From NCBI GenBank assembly GCA_951406725.2, contig OX597815.1, positions 101,060,001 through 101,124,000 on the forward strand: a stretch of DNA of 64,000 bases. The letters run 5' to 3'. Below, one piece after another: positions 63,040 through 64,000 of this stretch. Under the pieces are notes generated by a model, which was given only the letters and a program-made list of their open reading frames with translations, was not told the DNA's origin and did not search any database. A program made the translations under genes and the position numbers. Position 1 is the first letter of the stretch. Each line of letters begins with the position of its first letter. The DNA comes from Octopus vulgaris. Taxonomy: Eukaryota.

Positions 63040-63612
63040 CTTCAACTGTAAAAATAGATGATTGACCCTAACCACACAAGCATGAGAAAATTGCAATAAA
63101 ACCATAAAACAAGAAAATACTAAAATGTGTTAGTGTTTGGCCCATAAGAAATAATATCTTTCAGTGATCTTATGAATTCTGTAATAAATACTAATCAGCA
63201 AATTTGTTTTCCTACCTCCATGCCAATGTAGTTGTGGTTGTTGTTGCTGTTTAGCTTCATGGTAGCCCTATGATCAATGGCATGCTAGTCATAAGTCTTG
63301 TCATTTTTTTAAGATGGTACAGTGTGAATTTTAGGGGAATTTGATGGCTATTTCTAGTAGATCATGTGACTGTGTGAAGGCTTTCTTGTTGGTCTTTTGT
63401 GATTTTTCAACCTAGAAATTATATCTTGCTGTCTTAGGAAGAGGAGGTATGTGTAATTAGAGTGATGTAATCTTGAGAATATAGCTTAAAAAATAGATGC
63501 CCACTTGATGGTCATGGTATGAATGCATTTGATAATAGTCTTGCTCAGTCAGGGTTCACCTGGGGCTAAACAACACCAATACCATAATTTGTATTTCTTT
63601 GTTGTCTTATAG

Positions 63613-63698
63613 ATGGAGTTAAATATTTTCACCGCAAGCTTTCTGGAGATGAATTATGGACGAAATGGTCATCAGGATTTCAGAGAGATGTCAGAAAT
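63613..63698 (+). CDS. NOL8-C-like coding exon (gene continues beyond window)
   Basis: cttatag|...|gtaagc, phase 1->0. DGVKYFHRKLSGDELWTKWSSGFQRDVRN. Confidence 0.8.
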
Positions 63699-64000
63699 GT
63701 AAGCCTTTTCAGCTATTGTTTTGGGGTGTAACATTGATTTTTATTAATTATTTTTTTTGTTATTAAATAGGGTACTGATATGGCTGTATTGTTAAGAATC
63801 TTGCTTTGCATCTGGTGTTGGCTCAATCCCACTGCACAGCACCTTAAGGCAAGAATTTTGTAATATAACTTTGGGTTGACTAAAACTTTGTCAGTAAAAT
63901 TTGATTAATTTTGTCAAGGGAGCTTTTCCTAGTTTTTGTTGGCAAAATTAATCTCTTTTGCTTGATTCAACACCTCAGTATGACCCTTGGGCACCTTCAT

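Overview
This is AT-rich, repeat-dense animal genomic DNA with spliceosomal introns. The repeat families suggest a coleoid cephalopod, probably Octopus (inference from recall, not a search). Reading splice sites by hand gives three phase-consistent gene models. (1) The 3' 14 coding exons of FIG4/SAC3, a PI(3,5)P2 5-phosphatase (+, 2273-26069, catalytic CVDCLDRT). (2) A minus-strand gene of about 452 aa (43728->30144) matching only the N-terminal RRM part of nucleolar protein 8 (NOL8), with an apparent U12-type AT-AT intron. (3) A head-to-head plus-strand gene (ATG 46591, continuing past the window) resembling only the C-terminal part of NOL8. The best candidate for a new system is therefore a NOL8 gene split by inversion into two intact, divergently oriented genes around one promoter region. 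Penelope-type retroelements carrying minimal hammerhead ribozymes lie nearby: one has a tRNA-like head, and one has a G3-C8 swapped core. Introns are filled with CR1, RTE and R4/Dong-like LINE fragments, tRNA-SINEs, and mariner, piggyBac-type and 8-bp-TSD MITEs. Almost all ORFs in the supplied track are spurious or TE-derived. Homology calls rest on remembered protein motifs and need confirmation by search.
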